A DNA stretch of 64,000 nucleotides, from positions 25,760-89,759 of the forward strand of contig NIVC01003581.1 in NCBI GenBank assembly GCA_002269645.1, read 5' to 3'. Below are positions 58,814 through 64,000 of this stretch, in pieces. A program made the translations under genes and the position numbers. The first letter of the stretch is position 1; each line of letters opens with the position of its first letter. The notes beneath the pieces were generated by a model. The model saw only the letters and a list, made by a program, of their open reading frames with translations, was not told the origin of the DNA and searched no databases. Source of the DNA: Macrostomum lignano. Its lineage: Eukaryota.

Positions 58814-60699
58814 AGATGACATCATGCGCATTGCGTTGCGTAAAAGTGTGGGTCCACAGTTTCGTAACAAGTTAAAATGACCTGATTTCGCAAAAATCTT
58901 TAAAACAAAAAATACCAAATAGGTAACTAAAAAGCCTTTTGAAACTGAATAAAAAATGCACATAAAAGTGCTATTTTGTAACGTAAAAAGTCTTGCGTCC
59001 TGCAAAAATCTTCTATGGTGACTTTTTGGAGCCGTGAAGTGTAAAAACGTGCGCATTTTTAAAGCTGTTGAACTTACTTTTTGAGGTATATTTTGAAAAT
59101 AGGCATTTTATAAATTGTATAACAAAATTTAATTGAAGAAAGCAATAAGGTAAAATAGAATTCGAAATTATTTAATTTTGAAATAATTAAACTGTACATT
59201 TCAGTCGTTCTGTTCCTTATAATTTCTACAAAAATTTAAATTTAAATCGGTTATGTTAACAGTAGTTTATTGCTGTAGGACAAATTTGACCCCAAATTTT
59301 CAAAGCAACTTATCTAAGCAAACGCTATCTAAATCTGAAATATTTTCAAGCTTCAATCTGTAGCTATAATATTCGGTTTTGTTACGCTATTTATTCGTAT
59401 CCTACTACATTATATATAATTATTGTACAATATATTATATTCTACAAGTACAAGTTTTAATTGTAATATATTCAATTGTTATCAGTTTTACACTGTAAGT
59501 GTAAGCTTCAAATTTTATTTGAAATATAACTGAAGTATAGTACTTTAATATTATTTTATAGCTAATTAATTGTATTCTGCCAAATATTTACGTTTTTTTT
59601 CTCTGCTTTGCTTTTTGCTCCATATTTTTATAAATTATAGTCATATTTACATATATCTTTTAAAAGTACTCATCCTTTCACATTTTATTTTGTAGTTATC
59701 AGTCAAATTTAACTTGAATTTTCCTTTTGTTTGCATAATTTTGACTTAAGACTTTAGTTTTGAAGTAAGTATTCTTTTTATTTCTTCATATGTTTAGCAT
59801 AGTACAAATATCTGTAGTACTCTGCTTAATGGTAGAAGTTTGTGGACACTTTTTATAAATTCTGCTCAATTTATTATAAATTTAGCATTTTTGCTAGACA
59901 ATATATACATGCCAATGCTCCTTATATCAAGCAATGCTTGAAAGTGCTAGACACTTAGTTTATGGTGAATTTTTACCAAGGGATGTTTTTTTGCTGATAT
60001 AGAATTCCTAGAAGCATGTACAAAAACATGGAATATGCCTGAAAAAACTCTAGAAAATATGCACTAAATCCAAGAAAAAATGTTGAAAGCACAAAAACTA
60101 CATGGCACACACCGCCTATATGCCAGTATATTATGCTGCAGCATATTAATCCACAATCCAGTAGCAGTGCTAGTGTTCGTAGTTTAACTAAATTTGCCAC
60201 CAGAAAAGAGTTGAGTTAACTTGGTAAAGAGTAGCATGTTTTCTGTGTTTAGCTAATTAGTTTCTTTATCATTCTGAAATATTTACTAACATGTTTATTT
60301 AGACAGGATGGGCAACGACAAAAACAGCATCAAGGACAACACTAGCATTAACAAGGATACAAGTGCTTCTTCTGTTGCTGCCAATAGTAAGTTTTGTACA
60401 TTTGTTGCAACTTGCAGGTGATAGGTGCTACTTTCAGGAATAGTTTCAAAGCAATCCTACCTTTATTATTAATATTCACACCTTAGGAAACCAGCTTTTA
60501 CTAGCATTCTTGGCTGCCCATTTGGGCAACAGACAAACTAAAAAGTTCCTGCACTACACAATTTATTTACCAAACAATAAATCTCAATTGTTCACACTAT
60601 AACTCACACTGAATAGTTCACAGGTAATTCTGTAAAAAAGTGTTTTTCAGATGTCTAAAAATGTGAATTTTTCAAACTCTTAACTGACGCAGCTCAAAT

Positions 60700-60890
60700 C
60701 AATAGTTCACACTCAATAGTTTAGATTGAATAGTTTCGCCTGAATAGTTTTGACAGACAGAATAATTTCAACTGAATAGTTACAACTGAATAGTTTAGAC
60801 TTAATAATCTTGACTGAGTAGTTTTGACTGAATAGTGTGAACTCAATAGTTTCGACTGAGTAGTTTCGACTGAATAGTTTCGACAAAGGG
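60700..60890. repeat. Degenerate 14-bp repeat GACTGAATAGTTTC in the first intron of the Helitron-type gene
   Basis: ~13 units. Confidence 0.75.
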
Positions 60891-61722
60891 AATAAATTCA
60901 ATTGGAATCTGACCTTGTTTGACAGATCATTAAAATAATTATAGAAACTCTATTTTCGAATGTTTAACACCCTTAGAATTTGAGCAGATTTAAGAAATTT
61001 TGACCACTGTATAATCAGTGCAAAATCTGCAATAGTTTAGAAAAAACGCTATCAAAATTGATCAAGAATGGCACGCTCTAGAGCGAAATAGATGGACAGA
61101 CATATATATATATATATATATATAGGTAGATTTATAAATTTCTTTTTTACTGTGACTTTAAACAGGTGCGAAAAAGTGCGGACGGCCGAAGAAGAAAAAC
61201 TGGAGCCGCTCCAAGAATAATATTAAAGTTGCTGCTGTCGGTGATTTAACTGCTGGCGAAGAACAGATTCAAGAGCCAGATGTACAACCGGAAGCTGCTG
61301 CTGCCTCTTCTATTGCCGCTGCTGGGACTAAAGCTGGTGCTTCTGCTGATGCTGCTGCTAAAACTGAGTCTGTGATTAAGCTGGACGAGGCTGGTCTGGC
61401 TGCCCTGCTAGCTGAACATGATGCTGCTCTGGCCGACGCTCTGGCTGCTTCGGAATACCCCGTGGTCGAAGGTGATGCTGAAGTGCCCAATTCTGGTGCT
61501 GCTTACAATGAGCAACTTATAGGCTACTTGAGTGCTGGTGAGAGTTTTATTTTTTATTGAATTTCTATGCATAGTACAAGTTAATTTTCTTTCTTACATC
61601 TGACTTTGCTTGCGAATATTGAAAATTAGATTTTAGTGTTTACGACTTGTGCAAAATACAATTAATGCTCAATTCCTTAAAATTATCATACCTCACTGTT
61701 TAAGAGTTGTATTCTTTTACAG

Positions 61723-63020
61723 ATGAAACAGGTGCTACTGCAATGGATTTTGCCGAAGGTCATGTAACTGCTGCTGTACAAGTCCAACCTGTATGGGTTC
61801 CTTTTTCTTCGTGTCGCGTTGAGAATGTACGAGGTGACGGCAACTGTTTTTTCACGGCCATATTGAGACAATTACAAGAACTGCCAGGTTTTTCCGCCTA
61901 TCAATCGCTAAGCGTAGAAGATTTTCGAGATGCGGTTGCTGCAGAATTCGAGCAATGGGTGCATCGCGATGTCAATAATCAGGAAAGAATTATGCAAACA
62001 GGACTGAATTGGGAAAAAGTGCGCGACGATACAAGGCGTCCCCGTATGTACGTGCCATGCGGAGTTCCAGAACTAATTGGTGAACTGTTGCGGCTAGAAG
62101 TGTTTATTTATCAGTCAAACATGCTTAATCTAGCGCGGCCTGGCCATTATTCCCGACCGAATATTGGAGAACGTTTGGCTACTATTCGATTGTTGTTTAA
62201 TCCTGGTAGTCAACACTACGAAATCGTTCGTGTCAATGATTTGGAAGTTAATGAAGCAAGCTCAGTTCGGCCGACTGGCCAAGGAGATTTGAGCGCCAAG
62301 AATGTGGAAATGCCCCCTCTCAACGAGAATGTTCATGTTGTCGAAGATCCTGTTGTAATGATGCCACCTCCAGCTCCACCAATGACGCCTTTTGAAAAGG
62401 TTGCAGACTGGACCCGAGTTCAAAGTAGGCATTGGAAGGGACGTTGTAGAAATCAAGCAAAGTCCTTGGAAAATAATACGAGTTTGTTTGCGCATCCGAA
62501 TTCATATGAAGTGCTTCGGGATCGGAACAACTCTGTCTGGAATTGGAATGTCGATCTTGACGCGGAGGATAGCGCAGAGTCAGTTGAAATTGAGCATGTG
62601 TCAGAGTCAGTTAAAAGTGATCGTGTGTCAGAGTCCGTGCCATCAAATGTTCCGCGGCGCAGTCGGCGTAAAAAGGATGTTGGGAAGGCAAGTTGCGCTA
62701 CGCGTCGGAGTAGTCGACTGAGCGCTAAAGCAAACACATTAGAGTCTGTGTCTGTTGCAGCCTCTAGTGTATCTGGTCAGAGCTTATTGAGAAGAAGCAG
62801 TCGCACTCGGAGAGCACCATGTTGCAGTTGCATCGGTTGTGGCGACTCAGTTTCGGCGGTTTCAAGCGTTTCTTGCCATTTGGAAAAAGGAAGAGGTCGA
62901 GAAAAGAAGAGCGACGTTGTACCAAGTGCTCCTACTCGTCGCAGCGAGCGTTTGAAAAACCAGCAGCAAGTGGTCAACTATGCAAATTCTTTACCACGGA
63001 AACAGAGATTGACAAACGCA
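61723..63020 (+). CDS. OTU-like cysteine protease domain plus basic Ser/Arg-rich linker (exon 3, first frame)
   Basis: Catalytic D-G-N-C (Cys 61845) and H-Y (His 62214); RRSxRL repeats. Confidence 0.8.
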
Positions 63021-64000
63021 GAAAATCATATCTGCGAACCGTTCGATCGTCGCCTAGGAAGACGGCACCTTTGCAGCAGGAGCAGCAAGATAAACGTCAG
63101 TCTGATAATATTCCAGCTACTTCTACGTATTCATCACCACGAAAGACACGTGCTACTCAGGAGAAGCCTGATGAAGCGATCCGTTCGTCACCCAGAAAGC
63201 GGCCTACAATGGAGCAGCAGCCAGCTAAAGAAAATGTTCCGCAGAGCAGCACTTCAGAAGAGAGCGCTCAAGATGCTCCAATTGTTGAAGATGAAATCGG
63301 AGATCCTAATCTGCCAAAGTGCCTTCGCAATCCGTTCACAGACCAGTTCAAAAAGATGAGGCAAGACTTTTTCAATGAAAACATAACAAAAGTATCACAT
63401 TTGAAACAGTGCTACGTGTGTAGGGAAAAGTTTCCTGGAAAATATTTTAGCATCGATTCTGAAGACATGTGCGATCGTTGTTTCAGAGATGACAATGAGC
63501 CGAAATCGTTTAGCCAAGAAAACAATGCGATTCCGATGTTGGAGCAGCCAGAAGATTTGCAAGATTTGAGTGTAGCAGAGCAAATGTTGATTTCGCCAGT
63601 TTTGTCGGTTATTGTTGTGGTACAAATTTTTCCCAAAAGCAAACAAAATCGAGAGGACACGGAATCATGTTGCCTCAAGATCAGTCGCACGTTTTGCGAG
63701 AGCTGCCAAGACGATCTCTGCAGTTGTTTTAATGTACGACGAAAGAGCCCGTGTTCAGCCTGGAGAAGCGCAAAGCGCACAATGAACAATTTGCGAGTTC
63801 GACGCGACAAAGTGACTAATGCGATGCGCTATTTAATGGCAAACAACAAGTACTTTAGACAGTATCAGGTTTCAATGAATAATGATGCGTTGCTACATCT
63901 GCCTGAAGATGGTTATGCTCATCAAGTAGAAGGTATGATTGTCGAAATGCAGTCTGACAATGAAGTGAATTTCGAGGCGGCACAGCAAGAAGGCGGCTCA

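Larger units (their letters stand above)
60308..64000 (+). mobile_element. Helitron/Helentron-type rolling-circle transposon gene (spliced; AT-hook-like, OTU, Rep N-terminal DUF6570-like), continues past the right edge
   Basis: Exons 60308-60386, 61166-61537, 61723-end in consistent phase 1. OTU RGDGNCFF...HYE. From ~63020 in the -1 frame: CYVCREKF...CDRC...FSQENN...LQDLSVAEQMLIS...(GHGIMLPQD...LPR)...LRVRRDKV...YLMANNKYF...LPEDG. HUH and helicase motifs not in the window. Confidence 0.75.

Noticed and set aside
61707-63359. The 550-aa ORF as a complete host OTU gene
   Set aside because: Its start is an intron 3' end (acceptor 61722), and its last ~110 codons are out of frame with the Helitron-like continuation.

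Overview
Animal (metazoan) genomic DNA, not prokaryotic. GC-rich exons with minisatellite-filled introns are the style I associate with the flatworm Macrostomum, but the taxon is an inference. (1) 1-~26.4 kb is a transposon cluster. It holds a nearly intact Ty3/Gypsy (Mag-like) LTR element running off the left edge, a related solo LTR, a full-length Buster-type hAT transposon with an intact 603-aa transposase, a MITE, and a decayed second Gypsy copy. A PHD-APE-RT-RNaseH LINE has inserted into the CAG tract of that copy's gag. All coding elements are on the minus strand. (2) 27.2-50.7 kb is a CELSR/Flamingo adhesion-GPCR gene on the plus strand. I assembled it by hand as 20 phase-consistent exons (about 2,797 aa): 9 cadherin repeats, Flamingo box, EGF/LamG, laminin-EGF, HormR, GAIN/GPS, 7TM and a C-terminal ETSV. 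18 of its 19 introns carry a tandem-repeat array, almost always a different one. (3) 51.5-55.2 kb has two more arrays and the terminal exon of a convergent gene. (4) 55.2-64 kb has a hairpin-rich 1,453-bp tandem duplication, then a spliced Helitron/Helentron-type gene (AT-hook-like, OTU protease, Rep N-terminal domain) that runs off the right edge. All assignments come from motif recognition by eye; no database search was run.
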